Positions 24,218-38,000 of a stretch of DNA of 64,000 nucleotides are shown here, one piece after another (positions within the stretch are counted from its first letter, which is position 1; each line of letters begins with the position of its first letter). The notes under the pieces are model-generated. The model saw only the letters and a program-made list of their open reading frames with translations. It did not search any database and was not told the DNA's origin. Location: positions 2,852,001-2,916,000 of the forward strand of contig OZ059894.1 of the NCBI GenBank assembly GCA_964057225.1, given 5' to 3'. The DNA comes from Auanema rhodensis. Lineage: Eukaryota > Animalia > Nematoda. The position numbers were made by a program, and so were the translations under genes.

Positions 24218-27025
24218 GCACCGAGATATCAACTGATATAAGTTCACACTTATATCCTCGATTTTCACCCTGAAGAATTAATTTTTTCGTTGAATAACAT
24301 TGTCCATCGTCTTTGCCTTGAAAAAAGAAATCTAAAAACATCTACTTTTTGCTAAATTATCTTGAAATTTTTCGAAAAAATTTTTGTCAAAATGTTTTTG
24401 GAAGCAATGTTGAGTGTACATGGAAACTCAACATACACTAATGCATTATTTTTCAAACGATCATAACTAATTTTTGTATTAAGCGTTTTTCAATGTAGTA
24501 TAGTGCATTCGATGCGGATTTTTAAGCTGCGTCGATCTGTGTTATCAGATTTGCGCTAGCTTAAAAATGCACCGAGATATCATCTGATATAAGTTCACAC
24601 TTATATCCTCGATTTTCACCCTGAAGAATTAATTTTTTCGTTGAATAACATTGTCCATCGTCTTTGCCTTGAAAAAAGGAATCTGAAAACATCTACTTTT
24701 TGCTAAATTATCTTGAAATTTTTCGAAAAAATTTTTGTCAAAATGTTTTTGGAAGCAATGTTGAGTGTACATGGAAACTCAACATACACTAATGCATCAT
24801 TTTTCAAACGATCATAACTAATTTTTGTATTGAGCGTTTTTCAATGTAGTATAGTGCATTCGATGCGGATTTTCAAGCTGCGTCGATCTGTGTTATCAGA
24901 TTTGCGCTAGCTTAAAAATGCACCGAGATATCAACTGATATAAGTTCACACTTATATCCTCGATTTTCACCCTGAAGAATTAATTTTTTGGTTGAATAAC
25001 ATTGTCCATCGTCTTCGCCTTGAAAAAAGGAATCTAAAAACATCTACTTTTCGCTAAATTATTTTGAAATTTTTCGAAAAAAATTTTGTCAAAATGTTTT
25101 TGGAAGCAATGTTGAGTGTACATGGAAACTCAACATACACTAATGCATCATTTTTCAAACGATCATAACTAATTTTTGTATTAAGCGTTTTTCAATGTAG
25201 TATAGTGCATTCGATGCGGATTTTTAAGCTGCGTCGAGCTGTGTTATCAGATTTGCGCTAGCTTAAAAATGCACCGAGATATCAACTGATATAAGTTCAC
25301 ACTTATATCCTCGATTTTCACCCTGAAGAATTAATTTTTTCGTTGAATAACATTGTCCATCGTCTTTGCCTTGAAAAAAGGAATCTAAAAACATCTACTT
25401 TTTGCTAAATTATTTTGAAATTTTTCGAAAAAATTTTTGTCAAAATGTTTTTGGAAGCAATGTTGAGTGTACATGGAAACTCAACATACACTAATGCATC
25501 ATTTTTCAAACGATCATAATTAATTTTTATATTAAACGTTTCTCAATGTAGTATAGTGCATTCGATGCGGATTTTCAAGCTGCGTCGATCTGTGTTATCA
25601 GATTTGCGCTAGCTTAAAAATGCACCGAGATATCAACTGATATAAGTTCACACTTATATCCTCGATTTTCACCCTGAAGAATTAATTTTTTCGTTGAATA
25701 ACATTGTCCATCGTATTTGCCTTGAAAAAAGGAATCTAAAAACATCTACTTTTTGCTAAATTATCTTGATATTTTTCGAAAAAATTTTTGTCAAAATGTT
25801 TTTGGAAGCAATGTTGAGTGTACATGGAAACTCAACATACACTAATGCATTATTTTTCAAACGATCATAACTAATTTTTGTATTAAGCGTTTTTCAATGT
25901 AGTATAGTGCATTCGATGCGGATTTTTAAGCTGCGTCGATCTGTGTTATCAGATTTGCGCTAGCTTAAAAATGCACCGAGATATCAACTGATATAAGTTC
26001 ACACTTATATCCTCGATTTTCACCCTGAAGAATTAATTTTTTCGTTGAATAACATTGTCCATCGTCTTTGCCTTGAAAAAAGAAATCTAAAAACATCTAC
26101 TTTTTGCTAAATTATCTTGAAATTTTTCGAAAAAATTTTTGTCAAAATGTTTTTGGAAGCAATGTTGAGTGTACATGGAAACTCAACATACACTAATGCA
26201 TTATTTTTCAAACGATCATAACTAATTTTTGTATTAAGCGTTTTTCAATGTAGTATAGTGCATTCGATGCGGATTTTTAAGCTGCGTCGATCTGTGTTAT
26301 CAGATTTGCGCTAGCTTAAAAATGCACCGAGATATCATCTGATATAAGTTCACACTTATATCCTCGATTTTCACCCTGAAGAATTAATTTTTTCGTTGAA
26401 TAACATTGTCCATCGTCTTTGCCTTGAAAAAAGGAATCTAAAAACATCTACTTTTTGCTAAATTATCTTGAAATTTTTCGAAAAAATTTTTGTCAAAATG
26501 TTTTTGGAAGCAATGTTGAGTGTACATGGAAACTCAACATACACTAATGCATCATTTTTCAAACGATCATAACTAATTTTTGTATTGAGCGTTTTTCAAT
26601 GTAGTATAGTGCATTCGATGCGGATTTTCAAGCTGCGTCGATCTGTGTTATCAGATTTGCGCTAGCTTAAAAATGCACCGAGATATCAACTGATATAAGT
26701 TCACACTTATATCCTCGATTTTCACCCTGAAGAATTAATTTTTTGGTTGAATAACATTGTCCATCGTCTTCGCCTTGAAAAAAGGAATCTAAAAACATCT
26801 ACTTTTCGCTAAATTATTTTGAAATTTTTCGAAAAAAATTTTGTCAAAATGTTTTTGGAAGCAATGTTGAGTGTACATGGAAACTCAACATACACTAATG
26901 CATCATTTTTCAAACGATCATAACTAATTTTTGTATTAAGCGTTTTTCAATGTAGTATAGTGCATTCGATGCGGATTTTTAAGCTGCGTCGAGCTGTGTT
27001 ATCAGATTTGCGCTAGCTTAAAAAT
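24218..27025. repeat. 3-monomer block duplicated at 5-monomer offset (units 70-72 ~ 75-77)
   Basis: AAAGAAATC unit at 24218 and 25973; ATCATCTGAT unit at 24569 and 26324; TTTTTGGTT+CTTCGC unit at 24920 and 26675. Confidence 0.85.
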
Positions 27026-30000
27026 GCACCGAGATATCAACTGATATAAGTTCACACATATATCCTCGATTTTCACCCTGAAGAATTAATTTTTTCGTTG
27101 AATAACATTGTCCATCGTCTTTGCCTTGAAAAAAGGAATCTAAAAACATCTACTTTTCGCTAAATTATTTTGAAATTTTTCGAAAAAAATTTTGTCAAAA
27201 TGTTTTTGGAAGCAATGTTGAGTGTACATGGAAACTCAACATACACTAATGCATCATTTTTCAAACGATCATAACTAATTTTTGTATTGAGCGTTTTTCA
27301 ATGTAGTATAGTGCATTCGATGCGGATTTTCAAGCTGCGTCGATCTGTGTTATCAGATTTGCGCTAGCTTAAAAATGCACCGAGATATCAACTGATATAA
27401 GTTCACACTTATATCCTCGATTTTCACCCTGAAGAATTAATTTTTTGGTTGAATAACATTGTCCATCGTCTTTGCCTTGAAAAAAGGAATCTAAAAACAT
27501 CTACTTTTCGCTAAATTATTTTGAAATTTTTCGAAAAAAATTTTGTCAAAATGTTTTTGGAAGCAATGTTGAGTGTACATGGAAACTCAACATACACTAA
27601 TGCATCATTTTTCAAACGATCATAACTAATTTTTGTATTAAGCGTTTTTCAATGTAGTATAGTGCATTCGATGCGGATTTTTAAGCTGCGTCGAGCTGTG
27701 TTATCAGATTTGCGCTAGCTTAAAAATGCACCGAGATATCAACTGATATAAGTTCACACATATATCCTCGATTTTCACCCTGAAGAATTAATTTTTTCGT
27801 TGAATAACATTGTCCATCGTCTTTGCCTTGAAAAAAGGAATCTAAAAACATCTACTTTTCGCTAAATTAATTTGAAATTTTTCGAAAAAATTTTTGTCAA
27901 AATGTTTTTGGAAGCAATGTTGAGTGTACATGGAAACTCAACATACACTAATGCATCATTTTTCAAACGATCATAACTAATTTTTGTATTAAGCGTTTTT
28001 CAATGTAGTATAGTGCATTCGATGCGGACTTTCAAGCTGCGTCGATCTGTGTTATCAGATTTGCGCTAGCTTAAAAATGCACCGAGATATCAACTGATAT
28101 AAGTTCACACTTATATCCTCGATTTTCACCCTGAAGAATTAATTTTTTCGTTGAATAACATTGTCCATCGTCTTTGCCTTGAAAAAAGGAATCTAAAAAC
28201 ATCTACTTTTCGCTAAATTATTTTGAAATTTTTCGAAAAAATTTTTGTCAAAATGTTTTTGGAAGCAATGTTGAGTGTACATGGAAACTCAACATACACT
28301 AATGCATCATTTTTCAAACTATCATAACTAATTTTTGTATTAAGCGTTTTTCAATGTAGTATAGTGCATTCGATGCGGATTTTTAAGCTGCGTCGATCTG
28401 TGTTATCAGATTTGCGCTAGCTTAAAAATGCACCGAGATATCAACTGATATAAGTTCACACTTATATCCTCGATTTTCACCCTGAAGAATTAATTTTTTC
28501 GTTGAATAACATTGTCCATCGTCTTTGCCTTGAAAAAAGGAATCTAAAAACATCTACTTTTTGCTGAATTATTTTGAAATTTTTCGAAAAAATTTTTGTC
28601 AAAATGTTTTTGGAAGCAATGTTGAGTGTACATGGAAACTCAACATACACTAATGCATCATTTTTCAAACGATCATAACTAATTTTTGTATTAAGCGTTT
28701 TTCAATGTAGTATAGTGCATTCGATGCGGATTTTTAAGCTGCGTCGATCTGTGTTATCCGATTTGCGCTAGCTGAAAAATGCACCGAGATATCAACTGAT
28801 ATAAGTTCACACTTATATCCTCGATTTTCACCCTGAAGAATTAATTTTTTCGTTGAATAACATTGTCCATCGTCTTTGCCTTGAAAAAAGGAATCTAAAA
28901 ACATCTACTTTTTGCTGAATTATTTTGAAATTTTTCGAAAAAATTTTTGTCAAAATGTTTTTGGAAGCAATGTTGAGTGTACATGGAAACTCAACATACA
29001 CTAATGCATCATTTTTCAAACGATCATAACTAATTTTTGTATTAAGCGTTTTTCAATGTAGTATAGTGCATTCGATGCGGATTTTTAAGCTGCGTCGATC
29101 TGTGTTATCAGATTTGCGCTAGCTTAAAAATGCACCGAGATATCAACTGATATAAGTTCACACTTATATCCTCGATTTTCACCCTGAAGAATTAATTTTT
29201 TCGTTGAATAACATTGTCCATCGTCTTTGCCTTGAAAAAAGGAATTTAAAAACATCTACTTTTCGCTAAATTATTTTGAAATTTTTCGAAAAAATTTTTG
29301 TCAAAATGTTTTTGGAAGCAATGTTGAGTGTACATGGAAACTCAACATACACTAATGCATCATTTTTCAAACGATCATAACTAATTTTTGTATCAAGCGT
29401 TTTTCAATGTAGTATAGTGCATTCGATGCGGATTTTTAAGCTGCGTCGAGCTGTGTTATCAGATTTGCGCTAGCTTAAAAATGCACCGAGATATCAACTG
29501 ATATAAGTTCACACTTATATCCTCGATTTTCACCCTGAAGAATTAATTTTTTCGTTGAATAACATTGTCCATCGTCTTTGCCTTGAAAAAAGGAATCTAA
29601 AAACATCTACTTTTCGCTAAATTATTTTGAAATTTTTCGAAAAAATTTTTGTCAAAATGTTTTTGGAAGCAATGTTGAGTGTACATGGAAACTCAACATA
29701 CACTAATGCATCATTTTTCAAACGATCATAACTAATTTTTGTATCAAGCGTTTTTCAATGTAGTATAGTGCATTCGATGCGGATTTTTAAGCTGCGTCGA
29801 GCTGTGTTATCAGATTTGCGCTAGCTTAAAAATGCACCGAGATATCAACTGATATAAGTTCACACTTATATCCTCGATTTTCACCCTGAAGAATTAATTT
29901 TTTCGTTGAATAACATTGTCCATCGTCTTTGCCTTGAAAAAAGGAATCTAAAAACATCTACTTTTCGCTAAATTATTTTGAAATTTTTCGAAAAAATTTT

Positions 30001-33000
30001 TGTCAAAATGTTTTTGGAAGCAATGTTGAGTGTACATGGAAACTCAACATACACTAATGCATCATTTTTCAAACGATCATAACTAATTTTTGTATTAAGC
30101 GTTTTTCAATGTAGTATAGTGCATTCGATGCGGATTTTTAAGCTGCGTCGAGCTGTGTTATCAGATTTGCGCTAGCTTAAAAATGCACCGAGATATCAAC
30201 TGATATAAGTTCACACTTATATCCTCGATTTTCACCCTGAAGAATTAATTTTTTCGTTGAATAACATTGTCCATCGTCTTTGCCTTGAAAAAAGGAATTT
30301 AAAAACATCTACTTTTCGCTAAATTATTTTGAAATTTTTCGAAAAAATTTTTGTCAAAATGTTTTTGGAAGCAATGTTGAGTGTACATGGAAACTCAACA
30401 TACACTAATGCATCATTTTTCAAACGATCATAACTAATTTTTGTATTAAGCGTTTTTCAATGTAGTATAGTGCATTCGATGCGGATTTTTAAGCTGCGTC
30501 GAGCTGTGTTATCAGATTTGCGCTAGCTTAAAAATGCACCGAGATATCAACTGATATAAGTTCACACTTATATCCTCGATTTTCACCCTGAAGAATTAAT
30601 TTTTTCGTTGAATAACATTGTCCATCGTCTTTGCCTTGAAAAAAGGAATCTAAAAACATCTACTTTTCGCTAAATTATTTTGAAATTTTTCGAAAAAATT
30701 TTTGTCAAAATGTTTTTGGAAGCAATGTTGAGTGTACATGGAAACTCAACATACACTAATGCATCATTTTTCAAACGATCATAACTAATTTTTGTATTAA
30801 GCGTTTTTCAATGTAGTATAGTGCATTCGATGCGGATTTTTAAGCTGCGTCGAGCTGTGTTATCAGATTTGCGCTAGCTTAAAAATGCACCGAGATATCA
30901 ACTGATATAAGTTCACACTTATATCCTCGATTTTCACCCTGAAGAATTAATTTTTTCGTTGAATAACATTGTCCATCGTCTTTGCCTTGAAAAAAGGAAT
31001 CTAAAAACATCTACTTTTCGCTAAATTATTTTGAAATTTTTCGAAAAAATTTTTGTCAAAATGTTTTTGGAAGCAATGTTGAGTGTACATGGAAACTCAA
31101 CATACACTAATGCATCATTTTTCAAACGATCATAACTAATTTTTGTATTAAGCGTTTTTCAATGTAGTATAGTGCATTCGATGCGGATTTTCAAGCTGCG
31201 TCGATCTGTGTTATCAGATTTGCGCTAGCTTAAAAATGCACCGAGATATCAACTGATATAAGTTCACACTTATATCCTCGATTTTCACCCTGAAGAATTA
31301 ATTTTTTCGATGAATAACATTGTCCATCGTCTTTGCCGTGAAAAAAGGAATCTAAAAACATCTACTTTTCGCTAAATTATTTTGAAATTTTTCGAAAAAA
31401 TTTTTGTCAAAATGTTTTTGGAAGCAATGTTGAGTGTACATGGAAACTCAACATACACTAATGCATCATTTTTCAAACTATCATAACTAATTTTTGTATT
31501 AAGCGTTTTTCAATGTAGTATAGTGCATTCGATGCGGATTTTTAAGCTGCGTCGAGCTGTGTTATCAGATTTGCGCTAGCTTAAAAATGCACCGAGATAT
31601 CAACTGATATAAGTTCACACTTATATCCTCGATTTTCACCCTGAAGAATTAATTTTTTCGTTGAATAACATTGTCCATCGTCTTTGCCTTGAAAAAAGGA
31701 ATTTAAAAACATCTACTTTTCGCTAAATTATTTTGAAATTTTTCGAAAAAATTTTTGTCAAAATGTTTTTGGAAGCAATGTTGAGTGTACATGGAAACTC
31801 AACATACACTAATGCATCATTTTTCAAACGATCATAACTAATTTTTGTATTAAGCGTTTTTCAATGTAGTATAGTGCATTCGATGCGGATTTTTAAGCTG
31901 CGTCGAGCTGTGTTATCAGATTTGCGCTAGCTTAAAAATGCACCGAGATATCAACTGATATAAGTTCACACTTATATCCTCGATTTTCACCCTGAAGAAT
32001 TAATTTTTTCGTTGAATAACATTGTCCATCGTCTTTGCCTTGAAAAAAGGAATCTAAAAACATCTACTTTTCGCTAAATTATTTTGAAATTTTTCGAAAA
32101 AATTTTTGTCAAAATGTTTTTGGAAGCAATGTTGAGTGTACATGGAAACTCAACATACACTAATGCATCATTTTTCAAACGATCATAACTAATTTTTGTA
32201 TTAAGCGTTTTTCAATGTAGTATAGTGCATTCGATGCGGATTTTCAAGCTGCGTCGATCTGTGTTATCAGATTTGCGCTAGCTTAAAAATGCACCGAGAT
32301 ATCAACTGATATAAGTTCACACTTATATCCTCGATTTTCACCCTGAAGAATTAGTTTTTTCGTTGAATAACATTGTCCATCGTCTTTGCCTTGAAAAAAG
32401 GAATCTAAAAACATCTACTTTTCGCTAAATTATTTTGAAATTTTTTGAAAAAATTTTTGTCAAAATGTTTTTGGAAGCAATGTTGAGTGTACATGGAAAC
32501 TCAACATACACTAATGCATCATTTTTCAAACGATCATAACTAATTTTTGTATTAAGCGTTTTTCAATGTAGTATAGTGCATTCGATGCGGATTTTTAAGC
32601 TGCGTCGATCTGTGTTATCAGATTTGCGCTAGCTTAAAAATGCACCGAGATATCAACTGATATAAGTTCACACTTATATCCTCGATTTTCACCCTGAAGA
32701 ATTAATTTTTTCGTTGAATAACATTGTCCATCGTCTTTGCCTTGAAAAAAGGAATCTAAAAACATCTACTTTTCGCTAAATTATTTTGAAATTTTTCGAA
32801 AAAATTTTTGTCAAAATGTTTTTGGAAGCAATGTTGAGTGTACATGGAAACTCAACATACACTAATGCATCATTTTTCAAACGATCATAACTAATTTTTG
32901 TATTAAGCGTTTTTCAATGTAGTATAGTGCATTCGATGCGGATTTTCAAGCTGCGTCGATCTGTGTTATCAGATTTGCGCTAGCTTAAAAATGCACCGAG

Positions 33001-35098
33001 ATATCAACTGATATAAGTTCACACTTATATCCTCGATTTTCACCCTGAAGAATTAATTTTTTCGATGAATAACATTGTCCATCGTCTTTGCCGTGAAAAA
33101 AGGAATCTAAAAACATCTACTTTTCGCTAAATTATTTTGAAATTTTTCGAAAAAATTTTTGTCAAAATGTTTTTGGAAGCAATGTTGAGTGTACATGGAA
33201 ACTCAACATACACTAATGCATCATTTTTCAAACTATCATAACTAATTTTTGTATTAAGCGTTTTTCAATGTAGTATAGTGCATTCGATGCGGATTTTTAA
33301 GCTGCGTCGAGCTGTGTTATCAGATTTGCGCTAGCTTAAAAATGCACCGAGATATCAACTGATATAAGTTCACACTTATATCCTCGATTTTCACCCTGAA
33401 GAATTAGTTTTTTCGTTGAATAACATTGTCCATCGTCTTTGCCTTGAAAAAAGGAATCTAAAAACATCTACTTTTCGCTAAATTATTTTGAAATTTTTTG
33501 AAAAAATTTTTGTCAAAATGTTTTTGGAAGCAATGTTGAGTGTACATGGAAACTCAACATACACTAATGCATCATTTTTCAAACGATCATAACTAATTTT
33601 TGTATTAAGCGTTTTTCAATGTAGTATAGTGCATTCGATGCGGATTTTTAAGCTGCGTCGATCTGTGTTATCAGATTTGCGCTAGCTTAAAAATGCACCG
33701 AGATATCAACTGATATAAGTTCACACTTATATCCTCGATTTTCACCCTGAAGAATTAATTTTTTCGTTGAATAACATTGTCCATCGTCTTTGCCTTGAAA
33801 AAAGGAATCTAAAAACATCTACTTTTCGCTAAATTATTTTGAAATTTTTCGAAAAAATTTTTGTCAAAATGTTTTTGGAAGCAATGTTGAGTGTACATGG
33901 AAACTCAACATACACTAATGCATCATTTTTCAAACGATCATAACTAATTTTTGTATTAAACGTTTCTCAATGTAGTATAGTGCATTCGATGCGGATTTTC
34001 AAGCTGCGTCGATCTGTGTTATCAGATTTGCGCTAGCTTAAAAATGCACCGAGATATCAACTGATATAAGTTCACACTTATATCCTCGATTTTCACCCTG
34101 AAGAATTAATTTTTTCGATGAATAACATTGTCCATCGTCTTTGCCGTGAAAAAAGGAATCTAAAAACATCTACTTTTCGCTAAATTATTTTGAAATTTTT
34201 CGAAAAAATTTTTGTCAAAATGTTTTTGGAAGCAATGTTGAGTGTACATGGAAACTCAACATACACTAATGCATCATTTTTCAAACTATCATAACTAATT
34301 TTTGTATTAAGCGTTTTTCAATGTAGTATAGTGCATTCGATGCGGATTTTTAAGCTGCGTCGAGCTGTGTTATCAGATTTGCGCTAGCTTAAAAATGCAC
34401 CGAGATATCAACTGATATAAGTTCACACTTATATCCTCGATTTTCACCCTGAAGAATTAGTTTTTTCGTTGAATAACATTGTCCATCGTCTTTGCCTTGA
34501 AAAAAGGAATCTAAAAACATCTACTTTTCGCTAAATTATTTTGAAATTTTTTGAAAAAATTTTTGTCAAAATGTTTTTGGAAGCAATGTTGAGTGTACAT
34601 GGAAACTCAACATACACTAATGCATCATTTTTCAAACGATCATAACTAATTTTTGTATTAAGCGTTTTTCAATGTAGTATAGTGCATTCGATGCGGATTT
34701 TTAAGCTGCGTCGATCTGTGTTATCAGATTTGCGCTAGCTTAAAAATGCACCGAGATATCAACTGATATAAGTTCACACTTATATCCTCGATTTTCACCC
34801 TGAAGAATTAATTTTTTCGTTGAATAACATTGTCCATCGTCTTTGCCTTGAAAAAAGGAATCTAAAAACATCTACTTTTCGCTAAATTATTTTGAAATTT
34901 TTCGAAAAAATTTTTGTCAAAATGTTTTTGGAAGCAATGTTGAGTGTACATGGAAACTCAACATACACTAATGCATCATTTTTCAAACTATCATAACTAA
35001 TTTTTGTATTAAGCGTTTTTCAATGTAGTATAGTGCATTCGATGCGGATTTTTAAGCTGCGTCGAGCTGTGTTATCAGATTTGCGCTAGCTTAAAAAT

Positions 35099-38000
35099 GC
35101 ACCGAGATATCAACTGATATAAGTTCACACTTATATCCTCGATTTTCACCCTGAAGAATTAGTTTTTTCGTTGAATAACATTGTCCATCGTCTTTGCCTT
35201 GAAAAAAGGAATCTAAAAACATCTACTTTTCGCTAAATTATTTTGAAATTTTTTGAAAAAATTTTTGTCAAAATGTTTTTGGAAGCAATGTTGAGTGTAC
35301 ATGGAAACTCAACATACACTAATGCATCATTTTTCAAACGATCATAACTAATTTTTGTATTAAGCGTTTTTCAATGTAGTATAGTGCATTCGATGCGGAT
35401 TTTTAAGCTGCGTCGATCTGTGTTATCAGATTTGCGCTAGCTTAAAAATGCACCGAGATATCAACTGATATAAGTTCACACTTATATCCTCGATTTTCAC
35501 CCTGAAGAATTAATTTTTTCGTTGAATAACATTGTCCATCGTCTTTGCCTTGAAAAAAGGAATCTAAAAACATCTACTTTTCGCTAAATTATTTTGAAAT
35601 TTTTCGAAAAAATTTTTGTCAAAATGTTTTTGGAAGCAATGTTGAGTGTACATGGAAACTCAACATACACTAATGCATCATTTTTCAAACGATCATAACT
35701 AATTTTTGTATTAAGCGTTTTTCAATGTAGTATAGTGCATTCGATGCGGATTTTTAAGCTGCGTCGATCTGTGTTATCAGATTTGCGCTAGCTTAAAAAT
35801 GCACCGAGATATCAACTGATATAAGTTCACACTTATATCCTCGATTTTCACCCTGAAGAATTAATTTTTTCGTTGAATAACATTGTCCATCGTCTTTGCC
35901 TTGAAAAAAGGAATCTAAAAACATCTACTTTTCGCTAAATTATTTTGAAATTTTTCGAAAAAATTTTTGTCAAAATGTTTTTGGAAGCAATGTTGAGTGT
36001 ACATGGAAACTCAACATACACTAATGCATCATTTTTCAAACGATCATAACTAATTTTTGTATTAAACGTTTCTCAATGTAGTATAGTGCATTCGATGCGG
36101 ATTTTCAAGCTGCGTCGATCTGTGTTATCAGATTTGCGCTAGCTTAAAAATGCACCGAGATATCAACTGATATAAGTTCACACTTATATCCTCGATTTTC
36201 ACCCTGAAGAATTAATTTTTTCGATGAATAACATTGTCCATCGTCTTTGCCGTGAAAAAAGGAATCTAAAAACATCTACTTTTCGCTAAATTATTTTGAA
36301 ATTTTTCGAAAAAATTTTTGTCAAAATGTTTTTGGAAGCAATGTTGAGTGTACATGGAAACTCAACATACACTAATGCATCATTTTTCAAACTATCATAA
36401 CTAATTTTTGTATTAAGCGTTTTTCAATGTAGTATAGTGCATTCGATGCGGATTTTTAAGCTGCGTCGAGCTGTGTTATCAGATTTGCGCTAGCTTAAAA
36501 ATGCACCGAGATATCAACTGATATAAGTTCACACTTATATCCTCGATTTTCACCCTGAAGAATTAGTTTTTTCGTTGAATAACATTGTCCATCGTCTTTG
36601 CCTTGAAAAAAGGAATCTAAAAACATCTACTTTTCGCTAAATTATTTTGAAATTTTTTGAAAAAATTTTTGTCAAAATGTTTTTGGAAGCAATGTTGAGT
36701 GTACATGGAAACTCAACATACACTAATGCATCATTTTTCAAACGATCATAACTAATTTTTGTATTAAGCGTTTTTCAATGTAGTATAGTGCATTCGATGC
36801 GGATTTTTAAGCTGCGTCGATCTGTGTTATCAGATTTGCGCTAGCTTAAAAATGCACCGAGATATCAACTGATATAAGTTCACACTTATATCCTCGATTT
36901 TCACCCTGAAGAATTAATTTTTTCGTTGAATAACATTGTCCATCGTCTTTGCCTTGAAAAAAGGAATCTAAAAACATCTACTTTTCGCTAAATTATTTTG
37001 AAATTTTTCGAAAAAATTTTTGTCAAAATGTTTTTGGAAGCAATGTTGAGTGTACATGGAAACTCAACATACACTAATGCATCATTTTTCAAACGATCAT
37101 AACTAATTTTTGTATTAAACGTTTCTCAATGTAGTATAGTGCATTCGATGCGGATTTTCAAGCTGCGTCGATCTGTGTTATCAGATTTGCGCTAGCTTAA
37201 AAATGCACCGAGATATCAACTGATATAAGTTCACACTTATATCCTCGATTTTCACCCTGAAGAATTAGTTTTTTCGTTGAATAACATTGTCCATCGTCTT
37301 TGCCTTGAAAAAAGGAATCTAAAAACATCTACTTTTCGCTAAATTATTTTGAAATTTTTCGAAAAAATTTTTGTCAAAATGTTTTTGGAAGCAATGTTGA
37401 GTGTACATGGAAACTCAACATACACTAATGCATCATTTTTCAAACGATCATAACTAATTTTTGTATTAAGCGTTTTTCAATGTAGTATAGTGCATTCGAT
37501 GCGGATTTTTAAGCTGCGTCGAGCTGTGTTATCAGATTTGCGCTAGCTTAAAAATGCACCGAGATATCAACTGATATAAGTTCACACTTATATCCTCGAT
37601 TTTCACCCTGAAGAATTAATTTTTTCGTTGAATAACATTGTCCATCGTCTTTGCCTTGAAAAAAGAAATCTAAAAACATCTACTTTTCGCTAAATTATTT
37701 TGAAATTTTTCGAAAAAATTTTTGTCAAAATGTTTTTGGAAGCAATGTTGAGTGTACATGGAAACTCAACATACACTAATGCATCATTTTTCAAACAATC
37801 ATAACTAATTTTTGTATTAAGCGTTTTTCAATGTAGTATAGTGCATTCGATGCGGATTTTTAAGCTGCGTCGAGCTGTGTTATCAGATTTGCGCTAGCTT
37901 AAAAATGCACCGAGATATCAACTGATATAATTTCACACATATATCCTCGATTTTCACCCTGAAGAATTAATTTTTTCGTTGAATAACATTGTCCATCGTC

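Noticed and set aside
28477-28668. 63-aa minus-strand ORF (MKNDALVYVEF...)
   Set aside because: It lies wholly within a satellite monomer and starts at TTG. It exists only because one A>G SNP at 28566 turns the minus-strand TAG into CAG; all but two monomers keep the stop. The K/F/I/N-rich composition reflects A/T tracts.
28828-29019. Identical 63-aa ORF in the next monomer
   Set aside because: It is the same SNP (28917) copied by a local monomer duplication. There is no evidence of coding function.
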